Positions 38,480 through 49,257 of a DNA stretch of 64,000 nucleotides are shown in pieces. Source of the DNA: an uncultured Spirochaetales bacterium. Its GTDB lineage: Bacteria > Desulfobacterota_D > UBA1144. Location: the NCBI GenBank assembly GCA_964440275.1, contig CAYTRR010000013.1, forward strand, positions 3,054 to 67,053, written 5' to 3'. Positions within the stretch are counted from its first letter, which is position 1, and each line of letters begins with the position of its first letter. The position numbers and the translations under genes are program-made. The notes under the pieces are model-generated. The model was not told the DNA's origin, made no database searches, and was given only the letters and a program-made list of their open reading frames with translations.

Positions 38480-39781
38480 TTATGGCTGATGAATTGGTAA
38501 AAATAAATCAGTAAAATTCTTTACTGGAGTAAAGGATTCTTCTGGAATTTCTACAAAAGTAGTATTCCAATTATGCATTGAGCCATTCCATAAACCAGGG
38601 GTTTCAATAAAACTTACTTGTTTGCCTAAAATAGTCTTTTTTGTTTTCATCTTAAGTGACATATTAGCAAATTTCGACAATTCAAGCTTTTTGCCTTCAA
38701 AATCTTTAAACGAACAAATCATTTCAACAGGGTTAAAATAAATACCAGAGTCCCAAATTTTTTTCTGTTCAGTGTTTTTTATATCTACTTGTGCCTCTTC
38801 GACAATTTGTACAGAAGTCTCTTTGCCGTCAAAAACCCAAAAAGGCTTTCCACCTTTAGACGTCTGATCTTTAATAACACCACATACTCTGATAGGCTTA
38901 TTTAGAACTTTATTTTTATTTCTTATTTCCTTAATGAATTTATATAGCTTCTTTGTAATTTCATAACGTAGTTCTCTAGTCTTGGGAGATACGTTATCTA
39001 TATTGTTAATTAAAACATAATCAGATTCTATTTTATTAAGATTTTCAAGTAGAGCGCCATGCCCTGAAGGATGTGTGTAAACATCACCGTTAAGATTTCT
39101 TAAAATATTATTTTCATTGTCTAGACATACACTGTTAGTCGAAACATCCTGATAAGTAAAATTAACAAATTTATCAAAATCAATATCCTTTAATAAATCT
39201 GATTTATTTAATTTTTTTAAAATTTTATCTTCATGTTCTTCTTGGATGGCAAAAACCAATCCTTTATTTGCTATATCATTATTAAAATACAGTATTATTT
39301 CTTCTATTGGGGTAACAGCTAAATTGTTGATTAGGTGAAAGGGTAACAAAGCCTTAGGTAAGTCTAAAAAAATAGCCAGCAGAATTTCTTTGATTTGCTT
39401 TACATCTTTCTCTTTTATTATTTTATCCAAATCTATATTGTTTTTTCTACAAGATTCGGTTATTAAATTAAAAAAAGGTAATAATTCTAAATTCTTAAAA
39501 AAAAGCTGGTCATGATTATCAACTTGAAGCATTCTAGTTCCATATCCCGAAGCTGGTATAAATCTGGACAAAGAGACATTGTCAGTATTGTCTATGAGTA
39601 CATTTTCTTGAAATTCCTCTTTTGAAGTGATTCCATCTCCTACAATACATGGCCTTATTAGAGAAAGTTGTTCTGTCTTATTCTTCGAGCTTAAAAAATC
39701 TACTTGAGAAGCTAAATTTGATTTATCAATCCCAATGGACTCTAAATAAATCAAATCATTCTTTTCCATATCTTGAATCAT
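38480..39781 (-). CDS. DUF4301-like protein (UDP-sugar pyrophosphorylase-like nucleotidyltransferase fold, function unknown)
   Basis: RFIPASGYGTRM, HPSGHGALLENLN, LINNIDNV, NKPIRVCGVIK, GGKPFWV, FNPVEMIC and ETPGLWNGSMHNWNTTFVEIP match my memory of the DUF4301 family pattern; 433 aa. Confidence 0.55.
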   Translation of the reverse strand: MIQDMEKNDLIYLESIGIDKSNLASQVDFLSSKNKTEQLSLIRPCIVGDGITSKEEFQENVLIDNTDNVSLSRFIPASGYGTRMLQVDNHDQLFFKNLELLPFFNLITESCRKNNIDLDKIIKEKDVKQIKEILLAIFLDLPKALLPFHLINNLAVTPIEEIILYFNNDIANKGLVFAIQEEHEDKILKKLNKSDLLKDIDFDKFVNFTYQDVSTNSVCLDNENNILRNLNGDVYTHPSGHGALLENLNKIESDYVLINNIDNVSPKTRELRYEITKKLYKFIKEIRNKNKVLNKPIRVCGVIKDQTSKGGKPFWVFDGKETSVQIVEEAQVDIKNTEQKKIWDSGIYFNPVEMICSFKDFEGKKLELSKFANMSLKMKTKKTILGKQVSFIETPGLWNGSMHNWNTTFVEIPEESFTPVKNFTDLFLPIHQP

Positions 39782-39789
39782 AATACATT

Positions 39790-39863
39790 CGGGGCCGACG
39801 GGATTCGAACCCGCGACCTCTGGCGTGACAGGCCAGCGTTCTAACCAGCTGAACTACGACCCC
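39790..39863 (-). tRNA. tRNA-Asp (anticodon GUC)
   Basis: Reverse complement: acceptor GGGGTCG/CGGCCCC, anticodon stem CTGGC/GCCAG with loop CTGTCAC, T-loop TTCGAAT. Confidence 0.92.
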
Positions 39864-39875
39864 TTAAATAACAAA

Positions 39876-39947
39876 TGGGCGCTACAGGATTTGAACCTGT
39901 GACATCTTCCTTGTAAGGGAAGCGCTCTCCCGCTGAGCTAAGCGCCC
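39876..39947 (-). tRNA. tRNA-Val (anticodon UAC)
   Basis: Reverse complement: acceptor GGGCGCT/AGCGCCC, anticodon stem CTTCC/GGAAG with loop CTTACAA, T-arm ACAGG-TTCAAAT-CCTGT. Confidence 0.92.
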
Positions 39948-39983
39948 GAATAGATTTGTATAGTATATTGAGCGCATTAAATG

Positions 39984-42380
39984 TCAAGATAACCCAATAG
40001 GCTTCTCGGTTTGTTCGGTATCAACAGTGATATCAGGTACCACTAAATCATCTAACACAGGTTTATCAGAAATAATAGCATGTGGAATAACTTCATCCAT
40101 ATGATTTACTAAGACAATTTTCACATCTTTTAATACCTCTTTAGGTATATCCGCTAAATCTTTTTCATTTTCTTTTGGGATAAGGACGATTTTTACTCCT
40201 CCTCTATGAGCAGCTAATATCTTTTCTTTAAGACCGCCTATAGGAAGAACTCTTCCTCGTATAGTAATTTCTCCAGTCATAGCGAGATCTCTTTTAACTT
40301 CTTTTTGTACTAAGGCAGAAAGTATAGCAGTTGCCAAAGCAATTCCAGCAGATGGTCCATCTTTGGGCTGAGCACCTTCAGGAATATGAACATGAATATC
40401 TATTTTTTGATAAAAGCTTCTATCTAAACCAAGTCTTTTAGCTCTTGATCTGACATAGCTCATTGCAGCTTTAGTTGACTCTTGCATCACCTCACCAAGT
40501 TTCCCAGTTACTGTAAATGTACCTTTACCTGGAACAATAGTTACTTCTACGTTAAGAAGTTCTCCTCCAACCTCAGTCCAAGCTAAACCTGTTGACATTC
40601 CTATTTGATTCTTCTCTTCAATTTCTCCGTGTTTAAATTTAGGTACACCTAAAAACTTTTGGACAACTTTCGGATTAACACTAAGAGAGTGGTCTTTACC
40701 ATTTTTTACAACTTCTTTTGCCGTTTTTCTACAAATTGTTCCAATCTCTCTTTCTAGTGTTCTAACACCTGCTTCTCGCGTATACCTTTGAATTAGAAAA
40801 TTCAAAGCTTTGTCTGAAATCCTAATGTTAGTTGATGTAAGTCCATTGTTCTCAACTTGTTTAGGAATTAAATATTTCTTTGCAATCGCGTTCTTCTCTA
40901 GTTCCGTATAACCTGAAAGCTTAATGATCTCCATTCTATCTTGAAGTGCCCAAGGTATGGTATGTAGAACGTTAGCCGTTGTGATAAATAGCACTTGTGA
41001 AAGGTCATAATCTATTTCCAAGTAATGATCATTGAAATTATTATTTTGTTCCGGATCGAGGGCTTCTAGAAGAGCAGAAGAAGGATCTCCTCTAAAATCA
41101 GTTCCAATTTTATCAATTTCATCAAGAAGGAAAACTGGATTTTTAGATCCAGCTTTTTTCATTCCTTGAATTATTTTTCCTGGAAGAGCTCCAATATATG
41201 TCCTTCTGTGACCCCTGATTTCAGCTTCATCTCTAACGCCACCTAATGACATTCTTACAAATTTTCTGCCCATTGCTCTAGCAACGGATTTAGCTAAAGA
41301 AGTTTTACCAACTCCTGGCGGTCCAACTAAACATAATATTGGTCCTTTTTGTTTTGAAGTTAATGCTCTTACAGCAAGATATTCGGTAATTCTTTCCTTA
41401 GGCTTTTCAAGTCCGAAATGGTCTTCATCTAAAACTTCTTGTGCTTTATCAATTGATATTTCGTCTTTTGTTATATCACTATTCCATGGCAAAGTAACAA
41501 GCCAATCAATATAATTCCTTACAACTGTTGCTTCGGCAGACATGGAAGACATGCTTTTGAGCTTTCTTATTTCTTTCTCAATTCTTTTCTTGATATCTTC
41601 TGGTATATCTTTTTTCTTTAACTGCTCTTCAAACTCTGCTATTTCACTTTTCAAATCATCTTTATCGCCTAATTCTTTTTGAATAGCTTTCATTTGCTCT
41701 GTCAAATAATATTCCTTTTGGGCTTTTTCCATTTGCTTTTTGACTCTATTTCGAATTTTCTTTTCGACTTGCAAAATTTCTAACTCTGATTGTATTTTTC
41801 CGTATAAAATTTCTAGTCTTTCTGAACAGTCGAGACATTCTAGAATCTCTTGCTTGTCCGTAAGTTTAAAATTAAGATGAGAAGCAATTGTATCTGAGAG
41901 TTTACTAGAATCTTCTATAGAAGATATTGTTACAAGTGTTTCAGTAGGAACTTTTTTATTAAGCTTTGCGTATTCTTCAAAAGATTCTGTTAATGTTCTC
42001 ATCATAGCATTAGTTTCAATATTTGAATCATTAGTTTCATTCAAATCTTCTACTTGAACGCTTATAAATTTATTTTCTTCCGTAAAGCTTTTTAATAGTG
42101 CTCTATTCTGTCCTTCGACGAGTACTTTAACTGTTCCATCTGGTAGTCTCAACATTTGGACAATGCTGCCAACAGTACCAATGGTGTATATATCTTCTGG
42201 TCCTGGATCATTAGTTTTTGCATCCTTCTGAGCACAGAGGAGAATTTTTTTGTCGTTCTTCATTGCTTCTTCCAGTGCTCTAATAGATCTTTCTCTCCCA
42301 ACAAAAAGAGGTGCAACCATATGAGGAAAAATAACAACATCTCTAAGTGGTAGAAGTGGTATAGTATAGGGCGTTTCCAT
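39984..42380 (-). CDS. lon: ATP-dependent Lon protease
   Basis: Lon N-domain [14 protein letters not shown], Walker [10 protein letters not shown] and catalytic Ser context [10 protein letters not shown]; 798 aa. GGAGG lies 6 nt upstream of the ATG. Confidence 0.97.
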   Translation of the reverse strand: METPYTIPLLPLRDVVIFPHMVAPLFVGRERSIRALEEAMKNDKKILLCAQKDAKTNDPGPEDIYTIGTVGSIVQMLRLPDGTVKVLVEGQNRALLKSFTEENKFISVQVEDLNETNDSNIETNAMMRTLTESFEEYAKLNKKVPTETLVTISSIEDSSKLSDTIASHLNFKLTDKQEILECLDCSERLEILYGKIQSELEILQVEKKIRNRVKKQMEKAQKEYYLTEQMKAIQKELGDKDDLKSEIAEFEEQLKKKDIPEDIKKRIEKEIRKLKSMSSMSAEATVVRNYIDWLVTLPWNSDITKDEISIDKAQEVLDEDHFGLEKPKERITEYLAVRALTSKQKGPILCLVGPPGVGKTSLAKSVARAMGRKFVRMSLGGVRDEAEIRGHRRTYIGALPGKIIQGMKKAGSKNPVFLLDEIDKIGTDFRGDPSSALLEALDPEQNNNFNDHYLEIDYDLSQVLFITTANVLHTIPWALQDRMEIIKLSGYTELEKNAIAKKYLIPKQVENNGLTSTNIRISDKALNFLIQRYTREAGVRTLEREIGTICRKTAKEVVKNGKDHSLSVNPKVVQKFLGVPKFKHGEIEEKNQIGMSTGLAWTEVGGELLNVEVTIVPGKGTFTVTGKLGEVMQESTKAAMSYVRSRAKRLGLDRSFYQKIDIHVHIPEGAQPKDGPSAGIALATAILSALVQKEVKRDLAMTGEITIRGRVLPIGGLKEKILAAHRGGVKIVLIPKENEKDLADIPKEVLKDVKIVLVNHMDEVIPHAIISDKPVLDDLVVPDITVDTEQTEKPIGLS

Positions 42381-42489
42381 AATAAACCTCCGTTATTACC
42401 TTTATACATTCAACATAACCATTAGATGAATTTATGCAAGGTTTTTATCTAATATAGTATAAAAATGACTAGAATTAGAGCTTTTTTTA

Positions 42490-43767
42490 TTAATTTGAAG
42501 CAGTTTTAGCTTCATTATCGAAAGTTAGTAGTGGAGATTGTCCTTTTTTTATTACATCCTCGGTTATTAAACATTTCTTTAATCCATCCAAAGCTGGGAT
42601 TTCATAAATTAATTCTAAAATAGAGTTTTCTATAATGGACCTTAAACCTCTTGCTCCCGTATCTCTCTTTATTGCCTCTTTTGCAATAGCAACTAACGAA
42701 TCCTTTGTAAACTCTAGTGTAACCTTGTCATTAATTTTAACTAATTTCTGATATTGCTTAACTAGTGCATTCTTAGGTTCAGTCAATATTCTAATGAGAG
42801 CGTCTTCATCTAGTTTGTCTAAAGAGGTAATTACTGGAACCCTGCCTATAAATTCTGGTATAAAACCAAATTTAATTAAATCTTCAGAATGCAATGATTT
42901 CATACATTCGCTTAATTCGACTTCTTTAGAGTTTTTACTTTCGTTCTGTCCAAACCCGATAGTATTTCGTCCAATTCTTGCAGCTATTATCTTGTCTAAA
43001 CCACTAAAAGATCCTCCTAATATAAAAAGTATTTTTGTAGTATCTATTGGAATAAAATCTTGTTGTGGATGTTTCCTGCCTTGTTTAGGGGGAACATTCA
43101 CCACGGAGCCTTCTATTATTTTCAACAAAGCTTGCTGGACACCTTCTCCTGAGACATCTCTTGTGATTGAAGGGCTGTCACCACTTTTTCTTGCAACCTT
43201 GTCAATTTCATCTATATATATTATTCCTCTTTCAGTCTCTTTCGTATCAAAGTCTGCAGCTTGGTGCAAACTGAACAGCATACTCTCAACGTCCTCTCCA
43301 ACATATCCTGCTTCTGTATAACATGTCGCATCAACAATTGTAAATGGAACATTTAGGAATCTTGCTAAAGTTTGAGCAAGTAATGTTTTGCCAGAGCCAG
43401 TAGGTCCAATCAACATTATATTGCTTTTTTCTATTTCCACATCATCAACAGAAGATTTTTTCCTTTTTGGTGCTGAGTTGTATTCAATTCTTTTGTAGTG
43501 ATTATATACGGCGACTGAGAGAAATTTCTTTGCTTGGTCTTGGCCTATTACATATGAATCTAAATGGGCTTTAATTTCTTGGGGTGTGGAGATATCTTTC
43601 TTTTCAACATTTTCAACACTTTGTATGTCTTCATCTTCTATAATCTCTACACATAAATCAACACATTCGTTACAAATATAAACAGTTGGTCCGGCAATTA
43701 ATTTTTTGACTTCTTTTTGGCTTTTTTGACAAAAAGAACATTGCAGACTATCTCTTGGTGGCGCCAT
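42490..43767 (-). CDS. clpX: ATP-dependent Clp protease ATP-binding subunit ClpX
   Basis: Zinc ribbon CSFCQKSQ...CNEC, Walker [18 protein letters not shown] and GARGLRSI. Confidence 0.97.
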   Translation of the reverse strand: MAPPRDSLQCSFCQKSQKEVKKLIAGPTVYICNECVDLCVEIIEDEDIQSVENVEKKDISTPQEIKAHLDSYVIGQDQAKKFLSVAVYNHYKRIEYNSAPKRKKSSVDDVEIEKSNIMLIGPTGSGKTLLAQTLARFLNVPFTIVDATCYTEAGYVGEDVESMLFSLHQAADFDTKETERGIIYIDEIDKVARKSGDSPSITRDVSGEGVQQALLKIIEGSVVNVPPKQGRKHPQQDFIPIDTTKILFILGGSFSGLDKIIAARIGRNTIGFGQNESKNSKEVELSECMKSLHSEDLIKFGFIPEFIGRVPVITSLDKLDEDALIRILTEPKNALVKQYQKLVKINDKVTLEFTKDSLVAIAKEAIKRDTGARGLRSIIENSILELIYEIPALDGLKKCLITEDVIKKGQSPLLTFDNEAKTASN

Positions 43768-44363
43768 TAAGCTGAATCCTCCTTTTTAGTGATTATATTG
43801 TCTATAATTCCATATTTCAAAGCTTCTTCAGCAGTTTGATAAAAATTTCTCTGTAAATCAGAACTAATCTCAGCTTGATCTTTATTTAAATGTTTAGAAA
43901 GTATCTTAGATAATATTTCTTGTTTTCTTTTAGTCTCCTCCATTTCCTTTTCTAAATCAAAATATTGACCATCTAATCGTGTTCCGACTGAATGTAACAT
44001 GATTGTTGAATTAGGTAATGTGTTTCTTTTTTTAGTTGCTCCGCTCGCCAGGAGAACAGCTGCCATACTTGCTGCTAACCCAAAACACAATGTTGAGACA
44101 TCTGGTTTAACATATTGCATTGCATCATAAATTGCTAATCCAGATGTAACACTTCCTCCAGGGGAATTGATATATAAGTTTATATCTTTCTTGCTATCAA
44201 TGGATTCAAGAAATAGTAATTGTGCAACAACAACGTTTGCTAAGTTATCATCTATAGCACCACCGACGAAAACTATTCTTTCGTTAAGGAGTCTAGAATA
44301 GATATCGTAAGCTCTTTCTCCACCTGCACCTTGCTCTACAACATAAGGAATAAACGTTGACAT
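43767..44363 (-). CDS. clpP: ATP-dependent Clp protease proteolytic subunit
   Basis: [22 protein letters not shown], catalytic Ser in GLAASMAA and His in IMLHS. ATG at 44363 is preferred over the TTG at 44384. Confidence 0.96.
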   Translation of the reverse strand: MSTFIPYVVEQGAGGERAYDIYSRLLNERIVFVGGAIDDNLANVVVAQLLFLESIDSKKDINLYINSPGGSVTSGLAIYDAMQYVKPDVSTLCFGLAASMAAVLLASGATKKRNTLPNSTIMLHSVGTRLDGQYFDLEKEMEETKRKQEILSKILSKHLNKDQAEISSDLQRNFYQTAEEALKYGIIDNIITKKEDSA

Positions 44364-44419
44364 AATGGATTTTAATTTAATCAAAATTCATTTTATAGTC
44401 AATTAAGGAAAATGCTTAA

Positions 44420-45709
44420 CTATTTAGGTGCTTTTACTTTAATTTCCTTAATTTTAGCCTTAGAAATAAGGAATTTGATTACTTTTTCGTCTGCAAGTTT
44501 TGCTCTTACATCATCTACAAGATTGTTTTCTTTGTAATAATTTTTAATTTTATCTAGAGGAACATTTTGAGATGCGGACATTGAAGAAAAAACTGCATCG
44601 ATTTCTTCATCTGTGACAGATATGTTTTCTAATTTTGATATCTCTGCAAAAATTAGTGCTAACTTTATGTTTCTCGTTGCAGATTCATTAATTATTTCTT
44701 TTGTTTTATCATCAACCTTATCTAAATTCATGCCCTGCTCTTTCATTCTATTTAAGTATTCACTAGTTAACCTTTTCTCTTCATCTTCGACAAAAAAACC
44801 TGGGAAATCTACTTTGTTCTTTTTAACTAAAAAATCTCCTATATTCTTTCTTAAGGATGATTCAGATTTAGAATCGGAAGATCTCGTTAAATCTTCCTTT
44901 ATTCTATCTTCTAGTAATTTTTTTGATTCAAAACCTATTTTTTTTAAAAATTCCTTGTCTAGCTTTGGAATAAGTTTCTTGAGAATTTTATTTACTTTTA
45001 TATTACAGTTTATTTTTTTTCCTGCGGCTCCATCAATAGGAAAATCAACAGGGTAATTAACGTAAAAAGTTTTTTCTTCATCTAATTTCATCGTTAACAG
45101 TTCAGACTCAATTTCAGGTATTAGCGATTTGTTGCCAAGGACAATAACGGCTTTGTCTCTAGATAATTCTTTTATTTCTTCATCTCCGAACTTGCCTGAG
45201 AAATTTATTTCAAGCAAATCTTCATTTTGTACTTTTTTTCTGTTTTTAACTTCTTCGTTAGTTGCAAAATTTTCTAGTAAATTTTTAGTAGCATCATCAA
45301 TATCTTTTTTTCTTACAGCGAATATATCTTTGTTAGCCGGTATTGATTCATATTTGGCTAATCTAATTTCAGGAATAAATTCCAAATTTAAAGAAAATGT
45401 AAAGTCTTCATCTTTATTTATATCTTCATATTTGATGTCTTTGGTTCTTACTATATTAAGTTTTTCATCAGCAGCAAGCTTTCTTAAGTTTAGATTTATT
45501 AATCTGGTTCTTAGCTCTTCATTGATTTGTTCTGAATACATTGATTCAACAACATTAGTAGGCACTTTTCCTTTTCTAAACCCTTTTAAATCAGCATCTT
45601 TTTGAAAAAGTTTTACTACATCTGAATAGTTGGTTTTTACCTCAGATTTATCAATAACTATTTTTGCACTCTTTTCCGTTGAACTTAAATCATTTATTTC
45701 AAATCCCAT
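44420..45709 (-). CDS. tig: Trigger factor
   Basis: N-terminal ribosome-binding motif GFRKGKVP and a central FKBP-like domain, with position upstream of clpP-clpX. ATG at 45709 (MGFEINDL) is preceded by GGAG. The longer track ORF runs into tRNA-Leu. Confidence 0.93.
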   Translation of the reverse strand: MGFEINDLSSTEKSAKIVIDKSEVKTNYSDVVKLFQKDADLKGFRKGKVPTNVVESMYSEQINEELRTRLINLNLRKLAADEKLNIVRTKDIKYEDINKDEDFTFSLNLEFIPEIRLAKYESIPANKDIFAVRKKDIDDATKNLLENFATNEEVKNRKKVQNEDLLEINFSGKFGDEEIKELSRDKAVIVLGNKSLIPEIESELLTMKLDEEKTFYVNYPVDFPIDGAAGKKINCNIKVNKILKKLIPKLDKEFLKKIGFESKKLLEDRIKEDLTRSSDSKSESSLRKNIGDFLVKKNKVDFPGFFVEDEEKRLTSEYLNRMKEQGMNLDKVDDKTKEIINESATRNIKLALIFAEISKLENISVTDEEIDAVFSSMSASQNVPLDKIKNYYKENNLVDDVRAKLADEKVIKFLISKAKIKEIKVKAPK

Positions 45710-45721
45710 ATTAACTCCAAT

Positions 45722-45803
45722 TGGGAGCGGGGAGACTCGAACTCCCACACCCGAAGGCGCTAGATCCTAAATCTAGTGCGTCTACCAATTCCGCCACGCT
45801 CCC
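45722..45803 (-). tRNA. tRNA-Leu (anticodon UAG), class II
   Basis: Reverse complement: acceptor GGGAGCG/CGCTCCC, anticodon stem CTAGA/TCTAG with loop TTTAGGA, extended variable arm, T-arm GGGAG-TTCGAGT-CTCCC. Confidence 0.9.
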
Positions 45804-45874
45804 TACACAATATATAAGCGTACCTTGTGAAGAGGTAAATATAATCGGTATACATACAAAATCAATTAAGGCGA

Positions 45875-48472
45875 TTATGACGGATCAACGGAGACAATTA
45901 TTTTATTCTTTTGATAAAGATGTTTCTGAATAGCAGTATTTATTGCATCCATAGAAACATTTTGAATCTTACTCGAGAAGTCAAAAGGTTCAGTTAAATC
46001 TAAATTGTACAAAGCAGCATGAGATATTCTTGCATTCACAGAAGAGTTCCTTTGAAGTGATATATCGTTTCTTCCAATTAAATAATTTTTTGCTCTTTCC
46101 AATTCATCATTTGTTACACCATTTTTAACAAGATGGTCGATCTGCGTATTAATTCCTTCAATGCTTTGGTTTTTCTTTTCCGGAGAACAACCAATATAGA
46201 TTCCAAAATACCCGTAATCTAGATTAGCATTAAAGAAAGATGATACTGTATATGCCAAACTTCTTTTTTCTCTTAGCTCCATAAAGAGCCTACCACCCAT
46301 ACCAGATAGAATGGAATTTATTAGATGAAAAGCGTATTTTTCATCTGAATATAAATTTGGTGCATATGTGCCAACAATTATATGTGATTGTTCTTTGTCT
46401 CCCAATTTAATTGATTCAGTTATATCTGTGTCTAGCGGTTCACACTTGTTAATTGAGGGGAAAATAGTACTACTTTGATTAATTGTGAGAGTTTTGTCTA
46501 GTTTTTCCACCAATTCATTAATATCGAAATTTCCTACTGCTGAAACTACTATATTGTCTTTTGATATATAATTCTTATGAGATTCTAACAAATCCTGCCT
46601 ATTAATATTTTTAATACTTTGTTCTGTGCCAAAATGATCTAAGGAATAAGGATGTTTATTGAAAAGTAATTCAAAGAATTTCTCTGCTACTACAGATGAA
46701 TAGTTTTGCTTTTTTCTATTTAGATATGAATCTACATCTTTTTTTGCTATTTCTATTTCAGAGTTTTCAAAAACTGGGTTTGTTAAAACATCAGAAAAGA
46801 TGGGAATCAGCTTATCCAGGTTAGCACTTGGCCCAATCATTTTTAATCCTAAGCTATTTTTTCCAGAAAACCCCTCAAGTTCAGCTGCAAGAATTTCTGT
46901 TTCCATCGCTATATCATCTTTTGTGTAATTCCTTGATCCTCTAGTTAGTAGTTCTGCCAATAAATTAAATTTTCCGTTTTTATCAGTTTTTTCATATCGT
47001 AGACCTGCTAAAGAAACTGCTCTTAAAGATATCAAAGGAGTCTTTTTATTCTGTAATACAATTAATTTAATATTGTCTTTTAAATTAATAATTGTTGGGA
47101 CCTCATACCCAACATTAAAGATGGGGTATTTTTTTGAGATAAAAGAATTGAAATTACTTTCAGAAAATTTCATTTCATCAGAGAAAGATTTTTCTAGTAG
47201 CAATTTCAAGTCTTTGGTATTCTCTTTGTCTGAATCTTTTGGTACGATTAAATTAAGAGACAAATTATTAGCTGTAATAAATTCTTGTGAAATTTCTTTA
47301 AGCTTGTTTGGCTCAATCGTTCTTATTGACTCTAAATACTGCTTCTCAAAACCAATTGTTCCAGATTCAGATTCTAGGAAACCAAGTTTTTGGGCTTGGC
47401 TTTGTACTGTTTCGTTTTCATAAAGATTTTGAGTCAACAATTCAGTTTTAGCGCGCTCTAATTGATTAGGATCAAAATCAAGACTAATTGTTTTTCTAAG
47501 CTCTTTAATAATTAAACTTATTGCGTCTCTAAGATTCTTTAATAGTAATGTCCCTCCAATCACGAACACTCCTCCATGTCTGGCTGAAAAATTATATGAA
47601 TAAATTGAAGTGACGAGTCCTGAGTCTTCTTTTATTTTTTTATTTAAAATCGAGCTCTCACCTGAACCCAGCATTACTCCAAGAATGTCTAGCGCACTAG
47701 TTTTTAAACTAGATGCTTTTTCAGTCCTGAAAGAGAGAGCAAAATATGTTTCGTTTACTTCACGATAGTCGATTGCTAAGTTCAATCCAGTTGATGAGAA
47801 CTCGTCTGAAAAATTTACAGAAACATCATCCCTAGAGTTAAGTTTTCCAAATGTTCTATTTATATTTTCGTGTAATTCATCTTCTTTCTTTCCTGTTACC
47901 ACTATTAAATTGATATTCCTTGCGTGATACCATTTATTATAAAAATCCTTTAGATTGGCTTGACTAAAAGTCCTTACACTTTCGGGAGTACCTATTATTG
48001 GCAAGCCATAATTATGATTTGGGAAAGTACTTGAAAAAATCATCTGGCTAAGACACCTGCTAGGGCTATCTTCACCTCTCTTTATTTCTTCAAGAATTAC
48101 TTCAAGTTCTTTTTTTAGTTCAATTTCATCAAATATAGGATGAGAAACAGACTCAGAAAGCACATCAAGTGCAACATGAGCAAAATTGTTTGATATTGTA
48201 GTGTAATAGACAGTCTCATCATATGAAGTAAAAGCATTTATGTCTCCACCATGAGATTCAATTTTTTTGGAAATTTCACCGACTTTAAGGTTAGGTGTTC
48301 CTTTGAAAATCATGTGCTCATTCACATGGGCAATGCCTCTTTGGTTATCATTTTCATAAGCACTTCCGGTATTAATCCAAACAAAAATAGAAGTGACGGG
48401 TGAAAAATTATCTGTTTTAATGATTACCTTTAAACCATTATCTAAATAATATTGATTAACTTCGTCTGACAT
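45875..48472 (-). CDS. M16-family zinc peptidase, tandem (double) insulinase-type
   Basis: Inverted zinc motif HxxEH in GIAHVNEHMIFKGT. At 865 aa it consists of two M16 active/inactive domain pairs (PqqL-like architecture). Confidence 0.8.
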   Translation of the reverse strand: MSDEVNQYYLDNGLKVIIKTDNFSPVTSIFVWINTGSAYENDNQRGIAHVNEHMIFKGTPNLKVGEISKKIESHGGDINAFTSYDETVYYTTISNNFAHVALDVLSESVSHPIFDEIELKKELEVILEEIKRGEDSPSRCLSQMIFSSTFPNHNYGLPIIGTPESVRTFSQANLKDFYNKWYHARNINLIVVTGKKEDELHENINRTFGKLNSRDDVSVNFSDEFSSTGLNLAIDYREVNETYFALSFRTEKASSLKTSALDILGVMLGSGESSILNKKIKEDSGLVTSIYSYNFSARHGGVFVIGGTLLLKNLRDAISLIIKELRKTISLDFDPNQLERAKTELLTQNLYENETVQSQAQKLGFLESESGTIGFEKQYLESIRTIEPNKLKEISQEFITANNLSLNLIVPKDSDKENTKDLKLLLEKSFSDEMKFSESNFNSFISKKYPIFNVGYEVPTIINLKDNIKLIVLQNKKTPLISLRAVSLAGLRYEKTDKNGKFNLLAELLTRGSRNYTKDDIAMETEILAAELEGFSGKNSLGLKMIGPSANLDKLIPIFSDVLTNPVFENSEIEIAKKDVDSYLNRKKQNYSSVVAEKFFELLFNKHPYSLDHFGTEQSIKNINRQDLLESHKNYISKDNIVVSAVGNFDINELVEKLDKTLTINQSSTIFPSINKCEPLDTDITESIKLGDKEQSHIIVGTYAPNLYSDEKYAFHLINSILSGMGGRLFMELREKRSLAYTVSSFFNANLDYGYFGIYIGCSPEKKNQSIEGINTQIDHLVKNGVTNDELERAKNYLIGRNDISLQRNSSVNARISHAALYNLDLTEPFDFSSKIQNVSMDAINTAIQKHLYQKNKIIVSVDPS

Positions 48473-48476
48473 TTGT

Positions 48477-49256
48477 TTATGTTTCTAAGTCGATAACCTT
48501 ATTTTTTTTTATCTTTTGCATAGAAAACCGTGCTAAACCAAAAATTAAATACGAGTAGAACAGAACGAATGAACCAATCTCTATATGTGTCAATATAGCT
48601 ACAGAAAGAATTGATACAATGACTAGTGCATTAAATTTTTTCATTCGATTTAGAAAAGTCTTTTTAGCAAAAATAATATTACTTACCATTAACATCCCAA
48701 CAATTGGAGTAAAGACTAGAAAAATGTTTGGAATTAAATTCCCTTGTAAAAATGAAAATTTGTAGTCAATTAAAATTAATGAGATTATCAATCCGGCACC
48801 CATAGGACTAGGTAGTCCAACAAAAAAATTATCTTTTTCGTTATGTGATAAAGCGTTAAATCGAGAGAGTCTTAGGGCAACACAAACAACATAAAAAACT
48901 GAGCACATAATTCCTAGTTTTCCATAAGAGGACAGATATGTGATATAAATTAAAAAAGATGGAGCGAACCCAAAACATATTAAATCAGAAAGAGAATCGT
49001 ATTGCATACCAAATTCTGAATCTTTATTAAGTATTCGTGCAATTTTACCATCAATATAATCGATAAATGCGGATATATATATAAAAATACATGACCACCA
49101 TAAAGGCTTTTCGGTTATAAGTTTCGTATCAATTCCTACAAATGAATCATTCGTTGGGAAAGTTTTGAGCATAGTAAAAACTGACAATAGACCAAAGCAC
49201 AAAGCGATAGTTGTCAAAATGTTTGGCACAAGAGATATAATCTTTTTATTTTTCAT
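48477..49256 (-). CDS. pssA: CDP-diacylglycerol--serine O-phosphatidyltransferase
   Basis: CDP-alcohol phosphatidyltransferase motif DGKIARILNKDSEFGMQYDSLSDLI (DG-x2-AR-x8-G-x3-D-x3-D). Multi-TM protein adjacent to psd. Confidence 0.88.
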   Translation of the reverse strand: MKNKKIISLVPNILTTIALCFGLLSVFTMLKTFPTNDSFVGIDTKLITEKPLWWSCIFIYISAFIDYIDGKIARILNKDSEFGMQYDSLSDLICFGFAPSFLIYITYLSSYGKLGIMCSVFYVVCVALRLSRFNALSHNEKDNFFVGLPSPMGAGLIISLILIDYKFSFLQGNLIPNIFLVFTPIVGMLMVSNIIFAKKTFLNRMKKFNALVIVSILSVAILTHIEIGSFVLFYSYLIFGLARFSMQKIKKNKVIDLET

Positions 49257-49257
49257 T

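Noticed and set aside
38259-38514. Track ORFs overlapping stable RNA genes: 38259-38465 (-), 38263-38514 (+), 15820-16008 (-), 21739-21936 (+) and 45721-45933 (+).
   Set aside because: They are open only because they run through GC-rich tRNA or 5S sequence. The RNA folds explain these regions fully.
38240-39983. Possible genomic island, suggested by a gene flanked by tRNA pairs.
   Set aside because: There is no integrase or recombinase and no repeat of a tRNA 3' end that I could find. Composition looks the same as the surroundings, and only one cargo gene is present.
42381-42489. The largest intergenic spacers (42381-42489, 59292-59392, 27340-27438, 3245-3338, 20080-20169, 56063-56146) as candidate riboswitches, sRNAs or terminators.
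   Set aside because: All are very AT-rich, with no GC-rich helices or conserved riboswitch cores that I could recognise. They sit at operon starts or divergent promoters. I found only -35/-10-like hexamers, for example TTGATA-16-TAAAAT before the DAHP synthase gene and TTGACT-17-TATTTT before ftsK. These are too common in this composition to report as features.
42794-43321. Long antisense ORFs inside strongly supported genes: 175 aa opposite clpX, 147 and 158 aa opposite tig (44613-45056, 45129-45605), 141 aa opposite leuC (29062-29487), 146 aa opposite nnr (59659-60099) and 118 aa opposite ftsK (4805-5161).
   Set aside because: Each lies fully within a gene whose product carries unmistakable family motifs. 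Their translations are low-complexity (S/F/L/I-rich) with no recognisable domains. This is the usual shadow-frame effect of codon bias.
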